From NCBI RefSeq assembly GCF_963921235.1, contig NC_086097.1, positions 162,132,001-162,196,000 on the forward strand: 64,000 nt of DNA, given 5' to 3'. Shown piece after piece: positions 24,225 through 37,724 of this stretch (the stretch's first letter is position 1; each line of letters begins with the position of its first letter). Source of the stretch: Mobula hypostoma (lineage: Eukaryota). Below the pieces are notes generated by a model, which was not told the origin of the DNA, made no database searches, and worked only from the letters and a program-made list of their open reading frames with translations. The translations under genes were made by a program, and so were the position numbers.

Positions 24225-26300
24225 CTTTAAGAGGATGAAGGTTCTTCACCATGGCCAGAAGTGAGGCAGAAGGTGGGAAGGAACTACAAGCCAGGCTGAA
24301 ATGCAGAGGTTTGAGGCCTCCTCTCCCCAGCATCTTGTTGCCAAATGTGCAGTAACTGGAGAACAGAATTGAGAACCTGAGGGCAAACTACTGTATCAGA
24401 GAGAAATGAAATTCTGTTGTATTCTATATCTGTCCTAGACGTAGCTTTCTCCAGGCACACCAGATACAGAGATCAGACCGAAAGGCTTCTTGATTTACAG
24501 TAACAGATCCACAACAGATCTCATCTTATTGGCTCTTCACTCAACCCTGGAACATCTGGACAGCATAGATGCATCAGGATGTTCTTTATTGACTACAATG
24601 CCATCATCCCTTCAAAACTAATCAGTAAGCTCCTTGGCCTCAATACCTCCTTGTGCAATTGGATCTTCGATTTCCTCACTCGTAGACCCAAGTCAGTTTG
24701 GATTGGTAACAACATCTCAGTGATCTCCATCAGCACAGGTGCAACTCAAGTCTGTGTGCTTAGCCCCCTGCTTAAGATTGTATGGCTTAGTACAGCTCCA
24801 ATGCCATATTCAAGTTTGCTGATGGTGCCACTGTCATAGGCCAAATGAAATGTGATGAATCAGCTTATCGGAGGGAGACTGGAAATCTGGCTGAGTGGTA
24901 TCATAACAACAAGCTGTCACTCTGTCAACAAGACCAAGGAGCTGATTATAGACTTCAGGAGAAGTCAGGAGGAGGACATGAGCCAGTCCTCGTTGGAGGA
25001 TCAGTGGTGAAGGTTAGAAACTTTAAATTCTTCAGTGTGATTATTTCAGAGGACCTGTTCTGGGCCCAGCATGTAAGTGCAATTCCGAAGAAAGCATGGC
25101 AGTGCCTCTACTTAGGAGTTTGTGAAGATTCAGCATGACCTCTAAGACATTGTCTAATTTGTATAGATGTGTAGTGGATAAGTATTTTGACTGGCTGCAG
25201 TACAGGCTGATATGGAAGCAGCAATGCCTTGTACAGAAAATCCTACAAAAGGTAGTGGATACACCCCAGATGATCAAGGGTAAAGCCCTCCCAGCCATTG
25301 AGCACATATACATGAAACACTGTCGCAGGAAAGCAGCATCCATCATCAGCTGCCAGCAGGAAGAAGGTACAAAAGCCTCAGGGCTTGCACCACCAGGTTC
25401 AGAAACAGTTACTACCCCTCAGCCATCAGGCTCTTGAACCAAACGGGATAACATCACTCAACTTCACTTGTCCCATCACTGAAATGCCCCCAAAATCAAT
25501 GAACTCACTTTCAAGGACTCTTCATCCCATGTTTTCAATAATTATTGTTTGTTTGTTTATTTATTTATTTCTTCTTTTTGCATTTACATTGCTTGTTGTC
25601 GTCTGCACTCTGGTTGAAAGCCCTAGTTGGTCTGTGTGGATTGGTGATAATATCTCCTTCTTGCTGATGATCAACCTCAGGGGTCTGTGCTTAGCCCACT
25701 GCTCCACTCTCTCTATAGCCTTGACTGTGTGGCTAGGCATAGCTCAAATATCATCTATAAATTTGCTAATGACACAACCATTGTTGGTAGAAACCCAGAT
25801 GGAGGCAAAAGGGTGTATAGGAGCGAGATGTACCAACTAGTGGAGTGGTGTCGCAACAACAACCTTGCACTCAATATCAGAATGACAAAAGAGCTGATTG
25901 TGGACTTCAGGAACAGCAAGACGAAGGAAACCATACCAATCCTCATAGAGGGATCAGAAGTGGAGAGAAGTGAGCAGTCTGCATCACTGTTTGTTTTTTT
26001 TGGAGGGGCTACTGCACAGGACCAAAAGAAGCTACCGAGGCTTATAAATTTAGTTGGCTCCATCTTGGGTACTAACCTACAAAGTACCCAGGACATCTTC
26101 AAGGAGCAGTGTCTCAGAAAGGCAGTGTCCATTGTTAAGGACCCCCAGCACCCAGGCGCATGATCTTTTCTCATTGTTACCATCAGGTTGGAGGTACAGA
26201 TGCCTTAAGGCACGCACTCAGTGATTCAGGGATAGCTTCTTCCCTTCTGCCATCTGATTCCTAAATGGACATTAAACCATGAACACTACTTCACTTCTTT
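24225..26300 (+). mobile_element. Two decayed Rex1/Babar-like LINE remnants
   Basis: FIDYN...[10 protein letters not shown] and LSPLLHSLYSLDC...KFANDTTIVG...TKELIVDFR. Confidence 0.75.
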
Positions 26301-26466
26301 TCGAACAAAAAAGATAGAACGTAGAAATCTACAGCACATTACAGGCCCTTCGGCCAAAATGTTGTGCCGACCATGTAACCTACTCTAGAAATTCATTAAC
26401 ACAGATGGCTGTAGAGGCCAAGTCATTTGATAAATTTAAGGCAGGGGATGATAGGTTCTTGATTAG

Positions 26467-26737
26467 TCATCATCATCATTATTATGTGTTGTGTCCTATG
26501 ACGTGGATGATTTGATTGTTCTTGGCAAATTTTGATTGTCTACCTTGTGTCGGTGGTTGTATATCCAGGACTTATGACATTCACCAGCTGTTCATAAGAC
26601 CATCCACTGCTGCTTCCATGGCTTCCATGGCTTCACGTGACTCTGAATGGGGGGGCTAATCAGATGCTACACCTTATCCAAGGGTGACCTGCAGGTTAGT
26701 GGAGGGAAGGAAGTGCCTTGCACTCCTTAATAAGATA
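26467..26737 (-). mobile_element. SINE-like retroposon with (ATG)n tail
   Basis: 9-bp TSD cttgattag at 26458-26466 and 26738-26746. (cat)n at the left end resembles the (gat)n tail of the RTE in this window. Confidence 0.55.
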
Positions 26738-27659
26738 CTTGATTAGGAAGGGCATCAAAGGATGTGGAGAGAAGGCAGGAGAATGGAGTTGAACAGGATA
26801 ATAAATCATCTGAGATGGAATAGTGGACCAAATGGCCTGATTCTTCTCCTATTTCTTATGATCTTATGGTCTCTCTATATATGACATGTATGAAAGCAGA
26901 ATTCATGAATGTTCCCGGTGTGACGTATAGAATCTGTTTTTTGTCATTCAGAAATGAAAGTGTGTGGGAGAGGATCACAGAAACAGCTGTAACACACGTA
27001 AAAGTTGCTGGTGAATGCAGCAGGCCAGGCAGCATCTCTAGGAAGAGGTACAGTCGACATTTCGGGCTGAGACCCTTCATCAGGAATAACTGAAAGAAGA
27101 GCTAGTAAGAGATTTGAAAGTGGGAGGGGGAGGGGGAGATCTGAAATGATAGGAGAAGACAGGGTGGGGAGGGGGGATGGAGCCAAGAGCTGGACAGTTG
27201 ATTAGCAAAAGGGATATGAGAGGGTCATGGGACAGGAGGCCTAGGGAGAAAGAAAGGGGGAGAGGGGAAGCCCAGAGGATGGGCAAGGAGTACAGTGAGA
27301 GGGACAGAGGGAGAAAAAGGAGAGAGAGAAAAAGAATACGTACATATATAAATAAATAACGGATGGGGTACGAGAGGGAGGTGGGACATTAACAGAAGTT
27401 CAGGAAGTCAATGTTCATGCCATCAGGTTGGAGGCTACCCAAGCGGAATATAAGGTGTTGTTCCTCCAACCTGAATGTGGCTTCATCTTTACAGTAGAGG
27501 AGGCCATGGATAGACATATCAAATGGGAATGGGATGTGGAATTAAAATGTACGGCCACTGGAAGATTCTGCTTTCTCTGGTGGACAGAGTATAGGTCCAA
27601 CTTCCCCTCGTACCCCATCCATTATTTATTTATTTATTTGTTCTATCTATCTATATATA

Positions 27660-29711
27660 CACCCTATCCTCGTTGTATGCGAGAGATACGTTCCTCGAAG
27701 TTGACGCATAATGTGAAATCGCATAATGTGAATAATTATTTAAATGGAGAAAATAGGGATGCATTCCACAGGGCTTCCTAAATATGTTTTATCTGTAATT
27801 TATTCACATTTTTATACCAATACGACACAAAAGCAGTACTACAAGACAACATTTGTATTATATTTAATTAATTTAAGTTAATATTCAATGTAATAAATCA
27901 TAGAAAGTTAACATCCTCTGGAGTGCAGTACTCACCAACAGTGGCAGGTGTGTTCGCTCCGGGAGATGAGTGGTTGTTGTGGTGTCGGGCAGCTTTACAT
28001 GGATAAGGTGGATGGTTGTGGTCGTCAGGATCGTATCAAGCACAGCAAGGGGTGAAGGAAGAATCACAGAACTCTTAGAACCGTCGGCAGCAGAAGATTA
28101 CAGCGATTTGCATAAAGTGGTGACGGTTGTTTGCTTGGCAGCATTTTGTTTTTCAGTATAAATTTGCTTGTAGGGAAGAAGGGTTAATGGCAGGGAACGA
28201 CTGAAATGCTGACTCCGTTCTAAACTTGGGTCCATGTCTGTCGCCATTTGTGCCAAGTGTTCCGATTTCCACCATTCCCTCACCATTGGTAAACTCCCGG
28301 GATTTTCAATATCGTCTGTTGCTTGCAGCATCTGAGAGATAGTTCGCTGTAAAAAAAAATACGCCTTGAATGTGAATCACACCGGTCAAGTGGTTGAATC
28401 AGCGATGTTGTGTTCAGCAGCGGGAAACGCGCTGTTATGTTAGGATGAATGCTGTCCAAATGTTTAGGATGGGCTGGCGCAATGTCAACCAACAAAAGAA
28501 CTTTAAAGGCAAGATTCTGTTTCCAGCAGTAGCGTCCCAGAGCTGTGTTACCTTCAGCTGATGCCACGCTGTTTATAATTTCCAACTTTTTTTCAAGTGT
28601 TAAAGCGGTTCTCTGCCACTCGGCTGACGGCACAAGACACGACATCGGATGCTTAGGAGGCATAATTAAATATTTCAAGCACAAAATCACGGCACCATAG
28701 GTAAAACCAACAAAAGTTTAAGATCGCGCATCCACAGCTTGCCAAAACCAATGCGAGAGTAGCGGGAATGAAATAGTGAGGCACGCGCACCTGACTGGTA
28801 TTGGCGGGAAAGCGGTGCTTCTCGTCCCAACAGTGAGACTATGAGGCATGTGCACGTGACTTGTATTGGCGCGAAAGCAGTGCTCCTTGCATTACTGTGA
28901 ATTTTGGACACATATAACGAGACGTTGGTATAAATAGGTTCCTGGCATAACTGTGAATCCGCATAGTCTGAAGATGCATATAATGAAGGTAGGGCAGAGG
29001 TCTCCAAGCCCCGGGCCACGGTCCGGTACCGGGCCGTAAAGCATGTGCTTACCACGCCGCGAGGAAACAATATGAGTCAGCTGCACCTTTCCTCATTCCC
29101 GGTCACGTACTGTTGAACTTGAACATAGGGTTGCCAACTGTCCCGTATTTGCCGGGACATCCCATATATTGGGCTAACTTGGTTTGTCCCATATGGGATC
29201 GCCCTTGTCCTGTATTTCCCCCGCTAAGGAGTGTTCCCATGAAACCTTTCGTGCTGAAATGGCGCAAAGTGAAGAAGCAATTACCATTAATTTATATGGG
29301 AAAAATTTTTGAGCATTCCCAGACCCAGAAAATAACCTACCAAATCATGCCAAATAACACACAAAACCTAAAATAACACTAACATATAGTAAAAGCAGGA
29401 GTGATATGCTAAGTACACAGCCTATATGAAGTCAAAATAATGTATGTATAGTGTAGTTTCACTGAACAGAATTGCCAAAAACGATTTGTAGAAAGAAATC
29501 GGCGCGTACATGCATGCGCACACAGGTGCCCACACAAGGCTTCATGGTCATGGTAGTCTTTCTCGGGGTAAACGCAACGTATTTGACTGCTACTCTTGAC
29601 CATTGGCAACCCTACCCGCCCTCCCACCCCGGTCAGCCGGTCCGCAAGAATATTGTCAATATTAAACTGGTCCGCGGTGCAAAAAAGGTTGGGGACCTCT
29701 GGGATAGGGTG
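27660..29711 (-). mobile_element. Tigger/pogo DNA transposon, internally deleted
   Basis: TA|CACCCTATCC...GGATAGGGTG|TA termini. ORF 28280..28690(-) fuses the N-terminal LTLEKKLEII to the DDE_1 part KVLLLVDIAPAHP...NTTSLIQPLD. Confidence 0.85.
28995..29701. mobile_element. hAT (Charlie-like) non-autonomous element inserted in the Tigger TIR
   Basis: TIRs CAGAGGTCTCCAA / TTGGGGACCTCTG. 8-bp imperfect TSD aggtaggg/ggataggg. Internal TAGGGTTGCCAA...TTGGCAACCCTA pair spans 29126-29614. Confidence 0.75.
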
Positions 29712-31765
29712 TATATGTATTCTTTTTATCTCTCTCCTTTTTCTCCCTCGGTCCCCCTCACTATACTCCTTGCCCATCCTCTGAGCTTCCCCCTTCCCCC
29801 TTTCTTTCTCCCTAGGCCTCCTGTCCCATGATCCTCTCATATCCCTTTTGCCAATTAACTTTCCAGCTCTTGGCTCCATTCCTCCCCCCCCCCCCCCGCC
29901 GTCTTCTCCTATCATTTCGGATCTCCCCCTCCCCCTCCCACTTTCAAATCCCTTACTAGCTCTTCTTTCAGTTAATCCTGAGGAAGGGTCTCAGCCCGAA
30001 ACATCAACTGTACTTCTTCCTAGAGATGCTGTCTGGCCTGCTGCGTTCATCAGCAACTTTTATGTGTGTTGCTTGAAATTCCAGCATCTGCAGATTTCCT
30101 CGTGTTTACAGAAACAGCTGTGATGTAAGGGCGAGCAGTGAGGGAATGTGTCCACCAGTCCACCTCACTTACTCTGTGAGTGAGCGAGTGAGTCTGCTCA
30201 GTGCTTCCATCTCTGCTTGGCTCGACTCAGCCCCAGATTGTTATAGTTTGGGAGTGTGTGAGAAGCAAGGTTTGGGGAGTGAAGGCATGTGGAATTCTCC
30301 ATTTCCTCCCAGCACATGTAGCTGCAGCCCCACAGTAGGCAGCAAATCTATCCCAGTGATGTCCTAAACACACATTTGTATATTCAGGCTGTAACAATCG
30401 GCTGTTCATAACCTGAAGACCTGTTTCTTCAGTTCAATTCATAATTGAAACTCACTAGTGAACATTTTGCTGAAATTAAACTTTGTATAATGCTTATAAC
30501 TGTCTGAAATGATTTTTTTTATTCCAACACAAATCAAATCTGTAGACACGAAGGAAATTGATAAATTCGTATGTATTCCTAGCTCCTGATACGATGAATT
30601 AAGAAGGAACAGGGCTGAGTGAACACTGTGGTTGGCCTCTTTCTTTCCAGTCTTGGCAAAGTGTCTCGGCCCAAAAGGTCAGCTGCTCATTTTCCTCCAT
30701 TGGTGCTGCCTGGCCTGGCATGTTCCTCCATCATTTTGTGTGGGTTGCTCAATGTTTCTAGCATCTGCAGAATTTCTCTAGTCTGCACTTGTCTACATAA
30801 TGTGTTGCTAATGTTGGAAAGTCAGTGTATTGTTGTATCGTCTGGCTTATTAGGGCATGCCCAGCAGTCCAGACTATCAAATGAAAGAAAAAACATTAAC
30901 TTGCTCTTTCTGCTTCTGTCAATTTTTTAATCATATTTTGCTTGGTATCCCTTCATAGATTTCAAAGTCTAGAAATAGAATCTGTTGAAGGTGATAGCAA
31001 TCATGTAGAAATGAAATTTAACTCTCTGAAGGATACCTTGGTAGAATCAGCAAAGTCAGTGATTCCTAAAAAAGGAAAAAGCACAAAGAATAAATAGATG
31101 ACAGATGAAATCAAAAATCTAATGGAAGAATGAAGATGGAAGAAAGCAAATCCTATAGAATGTAAGTCCTTAGATAAAAAAAAGTTAAAAGATGTCAAAA
31201 AGCCAAACAAGAATGGTTAAACCAGGAATGTGAGCAAATAGAAAGAATCCCTATTACTGATCTAAGAAGGTTACACCAACAAATCAGGAATATCACTGGT
31301 AAAAAGCCCCTGTGTTCTTCAGATGGATGTTTGAAAGCAAAGGACAGTACCATTGTCATGGAAAAAGATGAGATTATGAACAGATGGACTGAGTATATTC
31401 AGGAATTGTTTGAAGACGATCGAGGTGAAAAACCATAAATTAAGAAAAACATTGAAGGTCCAGTATTTTAAAATCTGAAGTTCATAATGCAATAAATAAG
31501 ATGAAGAGAGGAAAGGCAGCAGGTCCTGATGAATTAGTAATAAAACAAATTATCGCCCTTGAAGATTATGAAATTGAAAAACTTAGTGATTTAATCAATG
31601 ACATTTATGAGACTGGAATAATAGCAGAAGAGATGAAAAAATCAGTATTTATCACTCTTCCTAAGAAACCTGGAGCAATAGAATGTGAATTACACAGAAC
31701 CATAAGTTTAATGAATCATATCACCAAGATACTTCTAAGAATTTTTATGACAGGAGCTAAAAGTA

Positions 31766-33765
31766 CAAACCCCATTTCCAGAAAAGTTGGGATATTTTCC
31801 AAAATGCAATAAAGACAAAAATCTGTGATATGTTAATATATGTGAACATTTATCTAACTGACAAAAGTACAAAGAAAAGGTTTTCAATAGTTTTACTGAC
31901 CAACTTAATTGTATTTTGTAAATATACACAAATTTAGAATTTGATGACTGCACACTCAACAAAAGTTGGGACAGAGTTAAAATAAGATTGAAAAGTGCAC
32001 AGAATATTCAAGTAACACCGGTTTGGAAGACTCCACATTAAGCAGGCTAATTGGTAGCAGGTGAGGTATCATGACTGAGTATAAAAGTAGCGTCCATCAA
32101 AGGCTCAGTCTTTGCAAGCAAGGATGGGTCGTGGCTCACCTCTTTGTGCCAAAATTCGTCAGAGAATTGTTAGTCAGTTCAAAAGGAACATTTCTCAATG
32201 CAAGATTGCAGAGAATTTAGGTCTTTCAATATCTACAGTACTTAATATTGTGAAAAGATTCAGAGACATCTGAGTGCGTAAAGGGTAAGGTCGGAAACCA
32301 CTGTTGAATGCGTGTGATCTTCGAGCCCTCAGGTGGCACTGCCTAAGAAACAGTCATGCTACTGTGACAATTATAGCCACCTGGACTCGGGAGTACTTCG
32401 GAAAACCATTGTCGCTCAACACAGTCCGTTGCTGCATCCAGAAATGCAACTTGAAACTGTATTACACAAGGAGGAAGCCATACATCAACTCTGCAGAAAC
32501 GCCGGCGAGTTCCCTGGGCCAGAGCTCATCTCAGATGGACCAAAAGACTGTGGAACCGTGTGCTGTGGTCAGATGAGTCCACATTTCAACTAGTTTTTGA
32601 AAAAAATGGGCGTCGAGTTCTCCGTGCCAAAGATGAAAACGACCATCCAGATTGTTATCAGCGAAAGTTGCAAAAGCCAGCATCTGTGATGGTATGAGGG
32701 TGCATCAGTGCCCATGGCATGAGTGAATTGCATGTATGTGAAGGTACCATTGACTCTGAGGTGTATATTAGGATTTTAGAGAGACATATGTTGCCACCAA
32801 GGCAACGTCTCTTCCCGGGACGTCCATGCTTATTTCAGCAGGACAATGCCAGACCACATTCTGCACGGGCTACAACAGCGTGGCTTTGTAGACACAGAGT
32901 GCATGTGCTTGACTGGTCTGCTGCCAGTCCAGATCTATCTCCTATTGAAAATGTATGGTACATCACGAAGAGGAGAATCGGACAACGGAGACCATGGACT
33001 GTTGAGCAGCTGAAGTCTTATATCAAGCAAGAATGGACAAAATTTCCAATTGCAAATCTACTACAATTAATATCCTCAGTTCCAAAATGATTACAAAGTG
33101 TTATTAAAAGGGAAGGTGATGTAACACAATGGTAAACATGCCTCTGTCCCAGCTTTTGTTGAGTGTGTTGCAGCCATCAAATTCTAAATTTGTGTATATT
33201 TACAAAATACAATTAACTTGGTCAGTAAAACTGTTGAAAATCTTTTCTTTGTACTTTTGTCATTAAATAAAGGTTCACAAGATCACAAGATCACAAGACA
33301 AAGGAGCAGAAGTAGGCCATTCGGCCCATCGAGTCTGCTCCGCAACTCCCCCATGAACTAAAATATTCTCCCATCTTGTTCCAATTTCCGGCTTTTTCCC
33401 CATATCCCTTGATACCCTGACTAATTAGATACCTGTCAATCTCCTCCTTAAACACCCTCAGTGATCGGGCCTCCACAGCTGTATGTGGCAACGAATTCCA
33501 TAAATCCACGACTCTCTTGCTAAAAAAATTTCTCCTCATCTCTGCTGTAACTGGGTACCCTCTAATTCTAAGATTATGGCCTCTTGTCCTGGACTCACCC
33601 ACCAAGGGAAACAACCTTTCCACATCTACTCTGTCCAACCCTTTCAACATTCGAAATGTTTCTATGAGACCTCCTCTCATTCTTCACGTGAATTAACATA
33701 TATGACAGATTTTTGTTTTTATTGCATCTTGGAAAATATCCCAACTCTTCTGGAAGTGGGGTTTG
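31766..33765 (+). mobile_element. Tc1 DNA transposon with long TIRs and TA TSD; transposase pseudogene
   Basis: TA|CAAACCCCATTTCCAGAAAAGTTGGGA...TCCCAACTCTTCTGGAAGTGGGGTTTG|TA. DD34E motifs WSDE, FQQDNARPH, SPDLSPIENVW. Confidence 0.93.
33279..33682 (-). mobile_element. Short CR1 3' end inserted in the right TIR of the Tc1
   Basis: ORF 33291(-) RGGLIETFRMLKGLD...LWNSLP. (tcttgtga)n tail; ttcac flanks both sides. Confidence 0.85.
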
Positions 33766-35049
33766 TAAGATATAAGCTGAAATAGGTAAAGAACAATGTG
33801 GTTTTGTGAAAGACAAAGGTACAAGAAACTCAATGTTGATGTTAAGGATACTATCAGAACGAGTTATCCAAGTGCAAAAAGATTTGTTTATTTTATCGAC
33901 TACACAAAACCATTTGATAAAGTGAAAGCACAGTAAGTTATTTGAAATATTACAGAAAACTCTAGATCTAGATTTGAAAGACCTCCACCTAATCAGAAAT
34001 CTGTACTGGGAACAAACTGCCGCTGTAAGAATAGATGGTGAAGTGAGTCAGTTTACGAAACTCAAGGGTTAGACAAGCGTTAGACAAGGGTGTGTTTTCT
34101 CCCCTGATTTATTTGATGTGTACAGTGAAACAATATTACAAAAAATAAGAGAAATCTTGGGAATCAAAGTTGGCAGTGAACACATCAATAATTTCAGATA
34201 TGCAGATGACACTGTGTTAATTGTAAGTACGGTGGAAGAACTACAAAACTTAATTGATATAATTGGTGAAGAAAGTGCAAAAATGGGTCTATCTATCAAT
34301 TGCAAAAAGACAGAATGTGTGGTGATATCCAAAAAGAACGAGAATCCTATCTGCAGGCTGAGAATAAATGGAGAAGACATAAAACAAGTACAAAACTTTT
34401 GCTACTTAGGAAGCTGGGTGACATCAGATGGCAGGTGCGACATGGACATCAAAAGAAGAACAGGGATGGCAAAAGACACCTTTACGAGAATGAAGAGTCT
34501 TCTGACCAGTACTATACTAGGCATGACAACTGCCTCAGAGTACTGAAATGTTATGTTTATTCAGTTATGTTATATGGCTCAGAATGTTGGACAATATCTA
34601 GTAACATGAGGAAATGAATTGGAGCAGCAGAGATGTGGTTTTTGAGGAGGATGCAAAGAATATCATGGATGAAACGAATATCTAACGAGGATGTCATAAA
34701 CAGAGCAAACACAAAAAGAGAAACAATGTATGTGATCATGAAAAGGCAACGTAACTTCATTGGACTTGTGATTAGGAAAGAGGGGTTAGAATGCACGGTA
34801 ATTATGAGAAAGATTGAAAGGAAGAAAGCAGCCAGAGAACTGGAAATGAATACCAATGAATTGATCCACTTGACCTGAAACAGGAGTGTGTGGGCCATGG
34901 CAGTCAAAGCTCAAACTGGGCATGACACCTGATGATGATGATGATCCCTTTATTCCTTTATTCCTTTTTTCCTTTTTTCCTTTTTTTCCTTCTTTTCCTT
35001 CCTTGGTTCAGTCTGGCCTGCTGAAATGTGTATAGTACACCAAACTGTT

Positions 35050-35700
35050 TGGTTTATTATTGTCACATGTACCAAGGTACAGTGAAGAACTTGTCTTGCA
35101 GGTAGTTCATGCAGATGAATTTATTACACAGTGCTTTGAAGTAGGACAAGGTAAAACAATAACAAAATGCAAAATAAAGTGTAACAGCTCCAGAGAAAAT
35201 GTCCTGCAGGTGGACTGTAAAGTGCATGGTCATAATGAAGTAGATTGTGATGTCAAGAGTCCATCTGGAGAACTATTCAATAATCTTCTAATTGTGGAGT
35301 AGACACTATCGTTGAGTCTAGTAGTACATGCTTTCAAACTTGTATCTTTTGGCCAACGGGAGACAGTCAGAGAAAACTCCCAGGGTGGTTGATTATGCTG
35401 GCTGCCTTACTGAGGCAGCAAGAAGTTTAGACAGTTCATGGAGTGGACGTGCTGAGCCCTGTCCACAATTCTCTGCAGTTTCTTGAGGTCGTGGGCAGAG
35501 CAGTTGCCATACCAAGCTATAATGCAACCAGAAAGGATGCCTTCTATGGTACATTGGTATGAATTGTTAAGAGCCATTGAGGTCATGTCAAATTTCTTTA
35601 GCCTCCTGAGAGAGTAGAGGTGTTGGTGAGCTTATTCAGCTATAGGGAGTTGAGGATGCAGCCTTTGGAGCACTCATGTTGAGAATAGTCATGACAGGGA
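35050..35700 (-). mobile_element. Decayed Rex1/L2-like LINE fragment
   Basis: Minus-strand similarity to Rex1-like C-terminal coding (cacctctactctctcaggaggctaaagaaatttgacatg). Confidence 0.55.
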
Positions 35701-37724
35701 ATGAGGCCCATCTTTATAGTGTGATATGACATTACACTGCTCCTTCATGGCCACATTATTTAGCCCTATGAGAGATAACAGTTTACTGACCTCAATAAAA
35801 ATCATTACTTAAGGAAATGTTAATCTTAACCTTTTGTGCAGGTCTTTTACTTATTGAAAACCAATGTTGTGTATAAGGTTTATCCATTTTTAATGTTTTT
35901 GTACCTTTAATATCTGAATTCTTTCTTTTTACTTTACTGATATTGGCTATCAATTAAAAGCCACCAAATAGTTTATTTTAAGAAAAGAATTAATTTATTT
36001 TATGTTAAGAAATCACTTTATACAGGTTTTTTCTCTTGATTTTTAAACAATTTTTAAATACATTTTTCTTCCACCCACTGTTTAAAAAAAAATGGAAAAA
36101 TGTCTGTATTCCATTTCCTCATCATAATTATAAACTTCTTAAATCAGCATATCCAAATATTTTAAATTTTAATTTAATTTAAGCCTGTTATAAAGAGGAT
36201 GTTTTGTAATTGCAGCGTTTCAAATATTTTTATGGTTTGTAAGTTGCCTTGGAAAATTATTACTCAGAGGATTAAGTAAAATCTACTCCCTTTTGTTATA
36301 GTTCGACCTTTATTCTAAATAACTAGTCACTGTATACATTTTATCTCACCCTGTCTTGTCATGATAATTTGTCAACCTCTTTCCTACCCATAACTTTATA
36401 CTTCCCTGTTTCCCTCAGGTCTTCTAATTTGCAAGGTCCTTTTATTCTTTGTCAAGATTACTTATGGGCACTCTTCCTCTTTCTTTATCTCTTATATACT
36501 ATGAATATTGTGTGCAGGTCTGATTGCCACGCTACAGGAAATATGTGATTAAGCTAGAGAGGGTACAGAATAGTTCCTGCTTTACAGGCCTTGACTTATC
36601 AGACTAAGTCATCTTCCCCTGAACTGAAGGAACTTGAGCGGAAACATGATAGTGGTATGTAAGCTTATGAAGGGTTTTAATATAAATAGACAACCAATAT
36701 TTTTTTCCCGTAGTAGGGATGTCAAAAACAAAAGGCATAGATTTAAGTTGTGACAGTAAGTTTAAAGCAAATCTGAGGGGTACATTTTTCACACAGTAGT
36801 TGGTATCTGGAATGAGCTGCCAGAGAATATAGTGGAGGCAAAAACATAAGCAACATTTAAGAGGCATCTGGGCAAGTAATTAATGAGCAATGTATAAAGG
36901 AATATGGAATTAATGAGGGCAAGAGGGTTAGTGCAGAGGGGCATGATGGTTGGCATGGACTTGCTAGCTGAAAGACTGGTCAGCTGCAAACTCTTTTTAA
37001 CGTTCTTTAACATAGGTTTTAAATCTTATTATGTGATTGGCCTCTTCCAATAAGCTGCTCTCCCTGAAGGTTGAGATAAATATTCATACTTTACCTGCAT
37101 TTATATTTTCTTTACTGCTGCGTCTCAATATCTTGCACCTTTTTACCTTGAGCTACTCCATAACCCTTTCCATTACATCTGAGCTATGACCACTTTGAGT
37201 ATGAAGTTTTCACTGTACATCACAAAATCAGAAATATTGTCTAAGATTGTTGATTAGATTGTTAATGTTCATGATACACTGTCCCACATTTAAAAACTTT
37301 TCATGCAACAAACACATAGAAATGTCTTGGTGTTGCTAAAACCATGCTTCATGATGCAAATTGGAGACCTTTTCTTCAAATCCTTTCTCAGCTCCAAAAT
37401 TTTGTTTTATTTATCTTTCTGTTACAACTGCACGTGGAGTACTGACTTGGCTGATTTCTCAGTGGAAATATGTGCTAAGTTATTTCAGTGATGCTGTTTC
37501 TCCTATAGCTGAATATTGTTTTCAAAGGTTACTATGCTGTCTTAGTATCGTGTCACCAGTCGTTTGTATTCTTTTCTTCTGTTAAATGTGTTCTGCTGCA
37601 ACAATGACAAAGGGATTTGAGGTTATTCATTGCTCCACAATTCAGTAAAGCATTTCCCATTTGAATGCATTAATTTTCATTCTTATCACAATTTAAAAAA
37701 TGGGACTTGTGTAGACCGTGAATT

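Larger units (their letters stand above)
26991..30107. mobile_element. Fold-back Penelope-like insertion split by nested DNA transposons, 14-bp TSD
   Basis: TSD ACAGAAACAGCTGT at 26977-26990 and 30108-30121. Minus arm 26991-~27596; plus arm ~27601-27659 and ~29712-30107. Hammerhead-like motifs at ~27051-27090(-) and ~29971-30010(+). Confidence 0.9.
30960..34945 (+). mobile_element. RTE-clade LINE, decayed, split by a Tc1 element
   Basis: GKAAGPD...LPKKPGAIEC..HRTISLM (ORF 31501), RQGCVFSP, FRYADD (ORF 34118), MWFLRRMQRISW. (gat)n tail 34931-34945. Confidence 0.9.

Noticed and set aside
33749..33759. TCTGGAAGTGG shared between the Tc1 TIR and the PLE TSD at 9305
   Set aside because: An 11-bp match is compatible with chance in 64 kb, and the other PLE TSDs share no such motif.
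34945..35002. Pyrimidine tract (ttcctttt)n as a functional element
   Set aside because: Low-complexity sequence next to the RTE tail, with no associated exon.
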